Origin: Eukaryota sp. GEM-RC1
Lineage: Eukaryota
Direction: 5' to 3'
DNA: 64,000 bases
NCBI GenBank assembly: GCA_040285855.1
Contig: JAUFOQ010000017.1
Location: 1,178,001-1,242,000, forward strand
In this document: positions 12,795-24,792 of the stretch, piece by piece
Layout of the letters: each line of letters opens with the position of its first letter
Position numbering within the stretch: position 1 is the first letter of the stretch
Notes under the pieces: generated by a model
What the model was told of the DNA's origin: nothing
Seen by the model: the letters and a program-made list of their open reading frames with translations, nothing else
The model's database searches: none
Position numbers and translations under genes: made by a program

Positions 12795-14660
12795 ATGGAC
12801 GAAATCAATCAAGCCAAAGGAAAGACTGAAAATGGAGACAACAACATTGATGCAACTCAAATGACAGAGTTTTGTTTGCTGCTCGCTCTCGATAAGGCAA
12901 TGATGCTCTCCCCAGAAGCCAGAAAGAAAAAGAGCTTCCCTGCCGAGCAACTCGAGCAGATAAACAAGACCTTCACTGATGTAGTAGCTTATCTAAACTC
13001 TCTCCAAGACACTGCTCAACAGATCTTTTGTCTCAGATTGCTTCCAGTTCATGATGTATCAGCGATCAGTTACTGGTGTTGGACAACGATGTCGCTTAAG
13101 CTTCACTTTTCTTTCCAAAAGCTCTCTTTTCACTTTCCAAAATCTTGTCTTGGGCTTCTTGAACTTGTGGTGTCTAAATATGGTTCTTTCGCTGATATCA
13201 ACCGTTTAGCTCAAATCTATATGGAAGAAAAGAAATCTGAAATCGTCGAACAACTGGCCTCTGTTTACGCTTCACAGTTAAGATGCGATCTCAAAGCACT
13301 CTTGGAACCTTTAGAGCCCAGCACTCTCAGCCACTCCGATCTGCTCGAAGAATTGAAGAAACTGCTACAGATTCAAAAGGCAGGAATCCGCCTTTCGCTT
13401 GCCGGCAAATGGCTTCCTAGACAAGGTCACGCAAACGATCGCTTCAGATTCTTCATCATTGATGCTCTGTGGGGTACCGATTTCTCCAAACAACCACCCG
13501 CCATCTCCAAGCGCTTGAACTTCTACGAGAAGTTGTACAGAGTGATGTGTTCCAGCCTTAACAAGCACCTCAACACTGTGGAGACCTTGATGTGTAAGAA
13601 GGACTTCAGTTCTATTGACCCTGGACATGTTCCTTCTGTAGCTCTGACTAAGATGCGAAAGGCTTTCCTCAATGAGCTAGTCAAACGAAGAGTTGATGAT
13701 CAGTTTGATAGTACTGGTAACAGGCATCCTGGTGATGAAGACCGTGTGACTTGTAGACAGAAGTTCAGGGAGTACATGGCTTCGAAACGTGTTAAAGCTG
13801 CTGCTCAGGATCTCCACAACCTTGCAAAGCTAATCTTTAAAGATATTGACATACCCTTCAATGCTGAAGACGTGTTCTCCCCTGAAGAACTTGCTGAAAT
13901 GGACCTACGAGCTTTAGGATTAGCTAGAATGTCAACTGCTGAGAAGGAACTCATCAGCAACCAGTGGAACACCTTGAAGTTTGAAATGGAGAAGGTAATC
14001 ACTGCTACTGAGAATGGTCGCCATGTTCTTCCAGTAATTGATGTGTCAGGATCAATGAGCGCAGCGAACGTAATGGACATTGCAATTGGTCTTGGAGTTT
14101 TATGTTCTCAGTTGTCATCCATCCCTAATCACTTCATTACTTTCCATGAGACTCCTTCTGTTGTTAGATTTGATCCCAATGATGACGTGTTCTCCGTTTT
14201 TAAAGCTGTCAAGGCATCTTCCTGGGGAGAAAGTACTAACATTGATGCTTGTTGTGAGTTGTTGTTGAAGCTTTTGACTGACACTAATGTACCCACTGAT
14301 TACGTGTTCACCATCTTGATCCTTACTGACGGTCAGTTTGATCAACTCGTTGTCGATGACTCCACTTTCTATGAGAGAATGAAGGGAAGGTTTGAAGCTG
14401 CCGGGTATCCCCTACCTCGAATTGTCTTTTGGAATTTGAACGCTACAGCTCCAGGATTCCCTGTAAGTGGAAATGAGCAAGGAGTTCAGATGGTTTCTGG
14501 GTATAGTCAATCCTTGTTGAAGCAAGTGTTGTCTCAGGATTTTACTTTGGAGACTGTTAAGAATCTTACCCCTGAGCAAACTTTGAGAGAAGCATTGGAG
14601 AGTTTTGTAGATGTGGAGGAATGTGTCTTGCAAGTTGGAGAAGGAATCTTTGGAAAGTAG
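12795..14660 (+). CDS. DUF2828-family protein with C-terminal VWA domain
   Basis: TENGD, SLAGKWLPR, LNTVETLMC, VPSVAL, LPVIDVSGSM (MIDAS), WGESTN, ILTDGQFD, PRIVFWNL and VQMVSGYS motifs. Confidence 0.85.
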   Translation: MDEINQAKGKTENGDNNIDATQMTEFCLLLALDKAMMLSPEARKKKSFPAEQLEQINKTFTDVVAYLNSLQDTAQQIFCLRLLPVHDVSAISYWCWTTMSLKLHFSFQKLSFHFPKSCLGLLELVVSKYGSFADINRLAQIYMEEKKSEIVEQLASVYASQLRCDLKALLEPLEPSTLSHSDLLEELKKLLQIQKAGIRLSLAGKWLPRQGHANDRFRFFIIDALWGTDFSKQPPAISKRLNFYEKLYRVMCSSLNKHLNTVETLMCKKDFSSIDPGHVPSVALTKMRKAFLNELVKRRVDDQFDSTGNRHPGDEDRVTCRQKFREYMASKRVKAAAQDLHNLAKLIFKDIDIPFNAEDVFSPEELAEMDLRALGLARMSTAEKELISNQWNTLKFEMEKVITATENGRHVLPVIDVSGSMSAANVMDIAIGLGVLCSQLSSIPNHFITFHETPSVVRFDPNDDVFSVFKAVKASSWGESTNIDACCELLLKLLTDTNVPTDYVFTILILTDGQFDQLVVDDSTFYERMKGRFEAAGYPLPRIVFWNLNATAPGFPVSGNEQGVQMVSGYSQSLLKQVLSQDFTLETVKNLTPEQTLREALESFVDVEECVLQVGEGIFGK

Positions 14661-14753
14661 TGTATATTTTAATTTTTCATCAAAATTCATTATGGAGTTT
14701 TTTTTTCTTTTCGGAGTTACGATCACATGAAATCACACATAATGTATCAAAAA

Positions 14754-16195
14754 TCAAAATGTACATAAATTTATTAACTTAGAACAATAGATAAATGGAC
14801 AAAAGAAGCCGACAAATCCAACAAAGATAATAAAACCCGCAAAGAACGGTGACCGCAGAACATCATAATGAGTCACGACAGTCCCCAGGGCAGAGCTCAT
14901 CTTTCTTGATTTGAGGACCATAACTGCCGGTAAAACAAAGCAGACAAAAAATCCAAATAACCCACCAATTTCTGAAATAATTCCCACATCCACTCGAGTT
15001 GCAGCAAGCAAAAGTGGCGGAATAATAGCAACCAAACGAAAGAAAACATAATGTTTCCTAGAATTCTTATCTCCATGTCCAGCCATTAGAGTATTCCCCA
15101 GAGTGGCAGCACCTAAGGGAAACGCTGAGAGAATGTCTAGAGTGAGAAGAGAGGACGACTACATACCAACGGGAGGGAAGAGGCAAACGACCCAAGAAAT
15201 TAACCTAGTCCACCAAACATAGTCAGTTCTACCAGCTGTATAGTAGAACCATTCTAAGGACATGATGTGTTTAACACTGGTACCAAACAGAGTTGAACCA
15301 AGGAATGAAACAATGCAGTACAGCGAGCCTGTAGTTATTAGAGCAATCGAAAACACGCGTGCGACGTGTTTTTTCTTTTTACATTCAGCTACAAGAGTAG
15401 GGACTCCGTGGTGAACAACTTGACTTAGAATGGCTGTACCAAAGAGTAATCCAAAGCCTTTTAAGTTATATATAGGAACTGGGGAAGGATCAAGAGGTTC
15501 TTTGGAGAACTTTCCAGTGGAAATTCCAATAATCGAGGTTACAATAATTAGAGTAATTACAATTCCTCTAAAGAAAGTAAGTAGAATTTGGATGATAGCT
15601 TGTTCTTTCATGTTTTTGAGGGAAATGATGGTCACAAAGAAAGCAAAGATTCCAAGCCATGTATAGTATTGATAAATACATGAAGTAGAGTAACCAACAC
15701 CGTCAGGATGACACTCGCTGTGCTCGAAGAAAGGAAGATTGGTGAGATGAGCAAAGGACATGCAGAAAACAGAAGAGAAGTTCCATAGAACAGTTCCTTC
15801 AAAAAAGAAGAAGCATATTTCATAGAGCACTTTAGCGTTGTTACCAAAGAGGATGAGTAGAGCATCATTGATTTGATGGGCTCCAGTGAGCTTCGCAACA
15901 GCAGAGAGTGAGATTAAAGGCATGGTGGGACCAGAGTGTTGATCACCGTTTTCCTGAATGAAGGAGATTCGACTCAGGCATTCACACAGAAAATAGATAC
16001 TGATGATACAGATTAGAGTAACAAATGCGATAAATGTGGTTGATAGAAGCCATCCAGCTCTCGCGAAAGCCGAAGGTAGAACAACAAGCAACACTCCAAT
16101 GTTAAAGTTGAGCGTTAATGCAAAAGAGTTCCATAGCCGTACCCGGAGGTATGAGATGGTGACTCAGAAACATTTATAAGTTGATCGTCCACCAT
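14754..16195 (-). CDS. Amino-acid transporter (Aa_trans/TMEM104-like), 30-nt intron at 15137-15166
   Basis: Multi-pass hydrophobic protein with LPSAFARAGW; splicing GTATGT...CTAG joins PPV-DILSAFPL; 5' end contains a frameshift. Confidence 0.75.
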
Positions 16196-16517
16196 GAAGA
16201 GTTAAAAATGGGACAAAGTGGCACGCTGAATTTTTGGCTCCACTTCCATCACATTTTTAATGAAGTTCAATGATTTTGAAAGCAACGTCACAGCCATTCG
16301 TACACAGCTGTAATATGGAAGTGAAATGGAAGAAGAATCCACTAAGGAATTGATCAGCAAGGTATCGTTTGTAGAGTAAAATCAATAAAAACTATTACAA
16401 CTATTACGACATTATACATATCATGTGCGTCACACAGTATTTCCTATCTAGTAATTACGTTTTGAATGAATGTACCAGACAGATAGGCTTGTACTAATTT
16501 TTCTTCATTTCAGTTTC

Positions 16518-17999
16518 ATGTCTAATGATAATGTCTTCATTCAGTTTGTATCAGAAGATCGTCAAGAAACTGGACCTCCTATACAGATTCCTCTTAATCT
16601 AGAGACTGTGCAACTAACTGAACTTCTGAACAATGTCTTACAATCCGATGAACCATTATCCTATCAATTTCTTCTTGATGAAGTCCCCATTCTATCATCC
16701 GTGTCAAATCATCCTTCAGTTACTTCTTCAAAAGTATCTCTCGAATCAACAGTCCAGATCATTTACAGACCTGAAGCGTCCTTCTACGTCCGTCCAGTCA
16801 CAAGATGCGCTGCTTCTCTTCCCGGTCATAAAGATTCTGTTCTCGATTGTGTCTTCTCTCCCTGTGGATCTTACCTCGTTTCTGGCTCTGGTGATACCAC
16901 TGTTCGCCTATGGGATCTCACCACCAACACCCCCATCCTAACTCTCTCTGGTCACTCTCACTGGGTTCTATCTGTTTCCTTCAGTCCTGACAGTCGTTAC
17001 ATTGCATCAGCAGGAATGGACAAATCCGTAAGAATCTGGGACATCTCCCAACTCTCCTCTCTCCAATCCTCTTCTGCCATCTCAAAACCCCTCCGAGGTC
17101 ACAACAAATACATTACATCTCTCTCCTGGCAACCATACCATCTTTCTACTAATGGTGTTTGCCTCTTAGCTTCAGGATCTAAAGACGGGTCAATCAAAAT
17201 CTGGAACATTGCCACTATGAACTGTGTCTATACTCTGTGCGGTCATGCCTCTGCTGTCACTCAAGTAAGATGGTCAGGACACGATCTCTTAATATCTGCG
17301 TCTCAAGATCGAACAGTGAAGATTTGGAATCCCAATAAGGGAATCTTGGTAAAGAGTCTGTCTGGACATGGACATTGGGTTAATAGAATGGCTTTGTCTA
17401 CTGATTTTGCTCTTAAGGTGTCTTTCTTTGATCATCGTGGTAAGACTTTTGTAGAAAACCTTTCTGTTGAGGAGAAGAAAGAACTCGCCCTGACTAAGTA
17501 TAATGAGTGTTTGAAGGGAACAAATGGGCGGGAGATGTTAGTAACTGGATCAGATGATTTTACATTGATTCTATGGGATTTTACGAATTCTAAGAGTGCC
17601 ACGTGTCGAATGACAGGTCATCAACAAGTCGTTAATGACGTTGCGTTTTCTCCAAACGGAAGGTTCATTGTTTCGGCTTCCTTTGACAAATCCTTGAAGT
17701 TATGGGATTCCAATGGTAGATTCATTTCCACACTTCGAGGCCATGTGTCAGCTGTCTATCGCGTTGCTTGGTCTTGTGATTCACGAATGTTTGTTTCCTG
17801 TTCCAAAGATTCTACTCTAAAAGTATGGGATGTCTACAAGTCTCAGAATGTCGTTGGAAAAGGAGGTAGACCAGTAAAAGATTCTCTTAGGGGGGAGCTA
17901 CCTGGGCATGCTGATGAAGTTTATACTGTTGATTGGGGGTTACAAGGGTATGTTGCTAGTGGTGGTAAGGATTCGATGGTGCGTATTTGGAAGAATTGA
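16518..17999 (+). CDS. NLE1: Notchless / Rsa4 ribosome-assembly WD40 protein
   Basis: N-terminal NLE ubiquitin-like domain, FYVRPVTRCAASLPGH, SGSGDTTVRLWD, GHGHWVNRMALSTDF, RMTGHQQVVN, LPGHADEVYTVDW. Confidence 0.95.
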   Translation: MSNDNVFIQFVSEDRQETGPPIQIPLNLETVQLTELLNNVLQSDEPLSYQFLLDEVPILSSVSNHPSVTSSKVSLESTVQIIYRPEASFYVRPVTRCAASLPGHKDSVLDCVFSPCGSYLVSGSGDTTVRLWDLTTNTPILTLSGHSHWVLSVSFSPDSRYIASAGMDKSVRIWDISQLSSLQSSSAISKPLRGHNKYITSLSWQPYHLSTNGVCLLASGSKDGSIKIWNIATMNCVYTLCGHASAVTQVRWSGHDLLISASQDRTVKIWNPNKGILVKSLSGHGHWVNRMALSTDFALKVSFFDHRGKTFVENLSVEEKKELALTKYNECLKGTNGREMLVTGSDDFTLILWDFTNSKSATCRMTGHQQVVNDVAFSPNGRFIVSASFDKSLKLWDSNGRFISTLRGHVSAVYRVAWSCDSRMFVSCSKDSTLKVWDVYKSQNVVGKGGRPVKDSLRGELPGHADEVYTVDWGLQGYVASGGKDSMVRIWKN

Positions 18000-18252
18000 T
18001 TTAGTATTGGTTATTTAGTTTTTATTTTCTGTTAGTTTAGTTTTTTGGTTTAATCGTTTTTAGTTCTTTTTCTTCAAGACTTTTTTATTCACATCAACAT
18101 AAATGTGTTTCAGTGAACAAAGTATAGTCACTAAGATCAGAATGGCCATGTAATTTAAAAGAAAATCATCCATCAATCCAAAAATATTGGTTTCTAAATG
18201 AGTACAACGTTAAACAGTTTACTCAAAACGTTATTTACACAAAACAAAAACT

Positions 18253-19181
18253 CTAATTAACAGTCTCATCATTCAACAAGTCAACATCAAAAACAGGCAT
18301 TCCCTCAGCCAAGGCTAAATAAAACCTCAACATTCGATCATGAAACTTTCCTTGCGGTTCACCAGTCCACAAATGATCAAGATGATAGTGATTGAGCTCA
18401 TTGACGTGATCACAGTTAGGTATCGTGCCACAATCAAACTCAGAATACCACCTGGCACTCCCAACAGAAACAAGGCCGTCATTATCACCTTCATGTTTCT
18501 GAACATGTTTATGAGAGAACTTCATGAAAGTATGTGTTGATCGAAAAGCCTTAACTCCTCCAAAAGTCTTAATGTGTATGTGTAGCGGAAGCACTTCCTT
18601 TCAAACTGAATCACTTCCGGTTGGTGTGCCCACATAATGCACTGATCAGTAGTTAGATCTTGTAGAGCTTCTGTATCCAAGCCAAGTTTCTCCAACACTA
18701 GAAAGAATGAGGTAATGTTCTTAAGGCAGTAGTCAGCAAAGGTGGATCCTTCATGGGGAGTGGATAAGGTTGTAAGTGAAGCGATTTTAGTATGGAAATG
18801 TTCATGTCTGTGGTTGAACAGCATGTGTCTTGCATCAAGACCACCCATTGAATGACAAATGAGGTTAACTTTGGAAGAACCAGTAGAATCGAGGACTTCT
18901 TGTATGTTTTCATAGAGAACTTCACTACGCTTTTCGACGCCTGCACTCCACGGAACGGCAGAGTGGAAGACACGAAATCCTTTTGCAATGAGACATGACC
19001 TTATACCACGGAAGTAGTGGAACTTGTCTGCCAATTCTGAAGAATGATTGTCAATGACTTTGGCTAGAGCAAAATCAAAACGGCAAACACCATGGCAAAG
19101 AACTATAGGAAATTTAGTAGTATCTGGTGGAGGGAAAGATTCTAGTCCTACTTCCACATCAGAAGAAGGGGATTGGGGCAT
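18253..19181 (-). CDS. Alpha/beta-hydrolase triacylglycerol lipase (frameshift near 18600)
   Basis: PIVLCHG, VNLICHSMGGLDAR nucleophile elbow, LTTLSTPHEG, NDGLVSVGSARW, CDH. Confidence 0.8.
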
Positions 19182-19672
19182 GTCCAAACAAACGTCTGTC
19201 AAGGATGCAAAAATTGTGGTGATGTGACAGATTTCTTTCCACGACACCTACTTGTTGCAGGTCCATGTCCAAATTGACTACTGCAAGAACAGCTATTCAT
19301 TCACACCTGTTGCAAAACAGTGACGGATATATACTAATATCTTTATTATCTACGTGTTTGAGGGTTTTGTGGTGTCAGTGTTAGTGTTAGTGTTTTTGGT
19401 GTTTCGTAGGTGTTTGTTGACAGACACCATGTCGGTGTTAACACGCGTGACCACATGGTGTCTTGGATGCAGGCTTGTAAAAAAAGAGCAGTTCAACTTT
19501 CCCAACTTTCCACTCTATTATCACTTCGTTTTCATCAACCAGATCGTTCAAAGTTTGACCATTGCAGCGATCACCTTTCGAGAGTGGGAGGTGACACGAT
19601 CTAGACGAAATGGACAGTAAGCTGTTTCGCTTTCAATGTAACGGTTCTGAAGACTATTCCGAACAATGGAAA

Positions 19673-19744
19673 TCGCATATGGTGTAGTGGTTAGCATTAG
19701 CGTCTCTCACATGCTAGACCCGGGTTCGATTCCCGGTATGCGAA
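19673..19744 (+). tRNA. tRNA-Glu(CTC)
   Basis: Acceptor stem TCGCATA/TATGCGA, D-arm, anticodon stem AGCGT-CTCTCAC-ATGCT, T-arm CCGGG-TTCGATT-CCCGG, followed by an oligo-T Pol III terminator. Confidence 0.95.
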
Positions 19745-20296
19745 TTTTTTTCTCCCGAATGGAAAAATGAAAATAAAGAATTCTTCCATCCATTACAATT
19801 GAGGAATGGAATACCATAAATGAATAACATACCAACTGCAGTTGTAACGATTTATTTCCACAATTGCATGAGACATTTGACCAATAACTTTTGCTATTGA
19901 GTGCTACCACACTTACTTCGTTTTATGAATTTTCTCCAATTTGTTACTGCAAATAGTATGATGGAACACACGCGTCTCCGTAAATTATATACTGCGGTCA
20001 CTATGATCAACAAATACAATGAAACTTTTTTGAAATATTTAAGCTTATTTCAAAAAATTATTTAACACATACTAATTCAGAAAATGAAAGACGTTACATT
20101 TTCCACATTAACACGAGAGGTGTGAAGGTTAATGTTGATAAACGTAATCTTTTACCGGGTGGTGATGAAGTCGTTTGGGTTTAATCTTAGTATTTTTTGT
20201 TTGTTTTTACAATTTCATAGTTTTGTAGGAAGGGTACCTTATTGGGTGCCGAATAAACATCTTAACACGAGAATTTTCCCTATACAACTTCGAATA

Positions 20297-21170
20297 CTAA
20301 ATGGAACTTAAAATCTTTGGAATGCTTCTATAAAGAGCAAACATAATTCGATTCATCCATACATCACTATTAAAAACCTTGCCATTAGAACGACATAAAA
20401 GACTAAACTCGCTGAAAAAATTTAAATCTGCTGGACCATCGTTACCAAAAATTGAAATTGTAAAATGATCAAATGAAAACTTAAAGAATATATTTTCATT
20501 AAGCTTCTTCAAAGCATCCGCATAATTTGAACACTTTCGCTGTTCAGCCTTTTCCAGATGACCATTTGAATCCTTCAAAATGGAGTCTTTGTAGACTTTT
20601 GCAAACAGGTCAACTGTAGTAAAATCCACCACAACTTGAGATGAATCCAGGAAAGGAGCAATTAAGTCACCACGCCGAAAATCAAACACGTTTTTTGAAA
20701 TTAGTTTTCTATTTGGTTATGGAACAAAAACAGTAAGATAAATAAAAAAAATTGAATCTCAGTCTCATTAAAGCAACATTCATTGACATTAAAAAAAGCA
20801 TCAGTTTTTTCTACATACACAATACTGAGAGCTATTAGAGCTTTTCAAATCACAATAGGAATTGTTTTACAAATATTGAAACCACAATACGATATAACTT
20901 GTACTCAACATGTCTAGTATGTTTGAGAGCAGTCAGGGAACATCATATTTGTTTCTCTTATATTGTTCTGAAAAATCAAGTGGAGACACTTCATTTTTAG
21001 CATCGTTCAAATGCCCCTGTTTGCAAACATCCACAGTAATCACATCGAACGATGGTATCAGCTCTTTTATACCAAAAGTCTGATCAGAGTCATTATTTTT
21101 AACATGTTGATCTCAAGTGATCTCAACAGTGACTCGACGAAAGATTCGATTTTGTAGAACTTACACATGG
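20297..21170 (-). mobile_element. Decayed non-LTR retrotransposon, restriction-like endonuclease region
   Basis: RRGDLIAPFLDSSQVVVDFTTVD...KAEQRKCSNY...FTISIFG fits the R-[PG]D...D...AExxK..KY RLE pattern; paralogous fragments at ~55590 and ~60360. Confidence 0.65.
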
Positions 21171-21796
21171 TATGAATTTGATCCCTGACAGCATCATGAA
21201 TGCAAGTACTTGCCAAAAAGTACTTGCCAAAATGCAGTTACAGAGTTTCCTGTATTAGTATGTTTATGTATTTAGACATGTCCAAAAAACGGGGTTTATG
21301 ACAAAGTATCGTTCTGTTAATTTAAAAAATGTGAATTAACGTTACTTACACTTGTATTTTGTATACACAGTCAGACACAGATGAACTAATTGGTTTCAAC
21401 TGTGAACCTATACCAAAAATGTCATTCAGGCTATAGTGGCCAGGACATTGATCTTTTACAACTTCTGTTTTCATGAAGAGAGACACAATGACGAAATTAA
21501 GTAATTATTTGTATTCTTCCTTTAAGTCCATTCCTATTGATGGTTCTCCGTAATATTAAAAGTTTGTGTTAGAGTGTACATGTACAAATACAACATTGAT
21601 CGTGATGGTGTGGAAATTAAAACAGTGGATAAATACTTTTACGGCAATTAACGATCCATGCAATCGAAAAGTGATAAATTTATTTGAGCTAATAAAAAAG
21701 ATGCAACAATAACAAAATCAAATTTATTCAAAACACTTAAATAAATATAGTATGCAATCCAGACTCAAAGTCCTTCACATCACACAAAACCATCAC

Positions 21797-23489
21797 TTAC
21801 TTCTTACAAACCATATGAGGAAACTTCCTTCCAAAAGCAAAGAATCCTCCAGAAACATTGGAAACGTCACATCCCTTCTGCAAAAGAGCCCTAAAGGCCG
21901 TATGAGAAAACTTTCCACTCTTACAGATAACAGCAAACTTTCCTTCAGGCAAGTCACTACTATCTCTAATAGTTGCCAATGGAATGTTTATCGATCCTTT
22001 GATCCATCCCATGTTCTTCCTCATCATTGGAGGACGAACATCAACAAGAGGAATGTTGTTTTCCATTACTTCCTCTGGTGTTACTGTCTTTGAAAGCCCC
22101 AACAACTCATTTTGAGCGACATTTCCAATGAAATTAACCACTGACTTGGGTCCAGCAACCACGGGAGCATAGGCCAACTCAAACTCAGCCAAATCAGCAG
22201 AAGTACCATGTAATTGGACATACACAGACAAAGTATCCAAAATCTTTGCAACATCAGCACAAGAACTGGCTACAGAAGCTCCAATTAAACGATCAGTACC
22301 CTTTTCAAATCTAGCAGACACATGAATGGGAGTGAAACCAGGAAACCATTCAGGTTTAGATGTCCACGTGGCATGAACCTCTCTAAAATCAACGTTAGCT
22401 CTTTTCAAGTGCTTAAAGGATGCTCCTACTTGACCAATGTACTGATCAAAGATTCTAAGGATACTGTTAGCACTGGCAGGAGGAATCTCTTTCATTGCTT
22501 CAGCATTCATTGCATTCCAAGCACAAAGACGACTAGCCCTGGCTGTAGGCCCAGCAAGCAATACAGGGAACTGTTCGCCAGTTGCAATATGTCTGAAAAG
22601 AGCGGCATCTCCCGAAGCAAATACACCTGGGATAGGTTCTCCAGACTCTAACAAGCATTGACCGTACTTGTTAGTCATGATATAGCCTCTATTGTTTAAT
22701 GAAACTCCGGAATCTTTTAGAAACTTTGTTTGGGGAATAACTCCTACTGAAAAGAGGACAAAGTCCGATTCGATATTACCAGCAGTGGTTTTAACAATGA
22801 GACCACCGTTATTCTGCTCTAATGCTTCACATTTGGTTTCAAGGAGGACATTAACACCGTTCTTTTACACGCGGATAAAGCATATCCAGCATAATCCTTG
22901 TCAAAGGTCCCATTAGCTGGTCAAGAAGCTCGACGATGGTGACCTTGATGCCCATGCCGGTAAGAGATTCAGCACATTCTAAGCCAACAAATCCTCCTCC
23001 AATGATGGTACAAGACTTGGATTGTTCAGCTACGGGTTTGATGTGTTCGAGATCAGTGAGGCTTCTGATGGAAAAAACGTTGGGGAGATCGTGGCCAGGG
23101 ATTGGAGGAACAAATGAGGAGCAACCAACGGATAAGAAGAGAATATCATATGGTTTAGTGGTGATGTTTGAACCGTCGGAGGGCTTGACAGTAACTTCCT
23201 TGGAGGATATATCAACAGCAGTACACTCAGTGTTGATGTTCATTTGTAGATTGAATTCAGCGGCTAAGCGGTTCGCGGTCATAACAGTAAGTTTATCAGA
23301 ATGGACTTCGCCAGAGATGGCAAAGGAATACCACATGCTGCGCTTGATACATGAGGAGATTTCTCAATGACGGAGATATTGAGACCTTCATCCATACGTC
23401 TTAAACTACCAGCAAAAGCTGGCCCAGCAGCAGAAGAACCCTGATATGAGGACAAAGAAAGAAATACGTACAATAACAATAGCGTTCAT
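21797..23489 (-). CDS. CoA-disulfide reductase / NADH oxidase-family flavoprotein with C-terminal rhodanese domain
   Basis: After a 31-nt intron (23441-23471): MNAIVIGSSAAG; redox Cys in SSAACGIP; IIGGGFVGLECAE; ASGDAA; ELAYAP; rhodanese LVDVR...ICKSG; three homopolymer frameshifts (~23323, ~22904, ~22864). Confidence 0.88.
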
Positions 23490-23560
23490 TCAAGAGAGGA
23501 GAGAATTTGGAACACGTTTCCATTTTACTCTAATGTGTAGCTTTATTTGAAGGACAATAC

Positions 23561-23589
23561 AGTCAGTTCTATTTTTTATAGAACTGACT
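23561..23589. repeat. Perfect 12-bp inverted repeat upstream of the flavoprotein gene
   Basis: AGTCAGTTCTAT-TTTTT-ATAGAACTGACT. Confidence 0.7.
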
Positions 23590-23642
23590 ATGAGGGTCCA
23601 AGAAGAGAACTACAGTTCATGTATTTGTTTAACTGATTGTGG

Positions 23643-24002
23643 CAGTGAACGCTAACACGTAACACGGCCTGACACGTAACACGCGTGTTAACACGTGTTA
23701 ACACGTGTTAGAATTTTGACTGATTTCTAACACGCAAATTACGGTTACTATTTTCGGTCTGAATGATGTGAAAATGCCTTCTGCTGCTAAAAGAATGAAA
23801 CACGTCGTTTTAGAAGTGCCCTACAGGGATGTAGAGTATCGTAGGGATAAATGTGTAGAAGAAACGAGCTGTTTATCGTTGAACCAGAAAGCAGGAAAAA
23901 TTCCTGCAACGCAAACACGGAACACGTCCTAACACGTAACACGCGTGTTAACACGTGTTAACACGTGTTAGATTCGATTTTTCAACGTGTTAGCGTTCAC
24001 TG
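23643..24002. mobile_element. hAT-type MITE (360 bp)
   Basis: 18-bp TIR CAGTGAACGCTAACACGT; perfect 8-bp TSD GATTGTGG (23635-23642, 24003-24010); subterminal AACACGTGTT palindrome arrays. Confidence 0.95.
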
Positions 24003-24792
24003 GATTGTGGATCTAAATGATTTAACTTATCAATTTGGCACAACCGTTTGAATTTTTCTTTGTTCCGTTCAATGCCTAAGTTTCTTAAATCAGTTTTCAC
24101 AAAGTTGTATAAGAACTCTGGTACTGTTGACCAGGAATTTTCTGTGTCTAGTGTTTCATAGCCTTTCTTATGATGTGTATTTATGTGCCCTTATCGATAA
24201 ACTGTTTCGACTTAAAACTAGTAGCAATCAAATCACATTTTCCACACATTTTTTGTATTGAATTTTGAGAAAATCTGAAACTAGAAGATAAGCACAAGTA
24301 TACGGAAATGGAATAGAAGTTCAGATTTCAAGATGTTTGATGGTCGGTATTATAATCCCACATCAGTGAATCTAGCAAAAATTCAGACCAAGAGCTGCAG
24401 CAGACAATAGGCTACATCCAATCCCAGCTGGTGTACTCTTATTTGTACGAAAACAGTCTTATTAAAAAATCACGTTTACATATTCATTATTCGATTTCAA
24501 CGGCATAAAACATCTTAGTGGGTAAACTGTGTTTTTACATAACCATTACTACATACCTCAAAACCCTAAGATAACAAATGACGTGATAACTGATGATGTG
24601 ATGTTGTTTGAAAAGGTGCAAAATAAGACCAGATTGAGCAAGAAGCTTGTTCAAGTATAGATTAAATTCTATTCGAAAGTCAATCTCAATCATTAAATCT
24701 AGAATAGTGAATGACAGCTCAGTTCAACTCTTACGTCTTTGTAACAATTATAAGAAAGAAATCAAACCACCATAATTCAAGAACTTCAATTT

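Noticed and set aside
23643..24002. Short repeat arrays (also 40931-41540 and 43269-43400) as CRISPR-like arrays
   Set aside because: No repeat-spacer periodicity; they are transposon subterminal repeats bounded by TIRs and TSDs.
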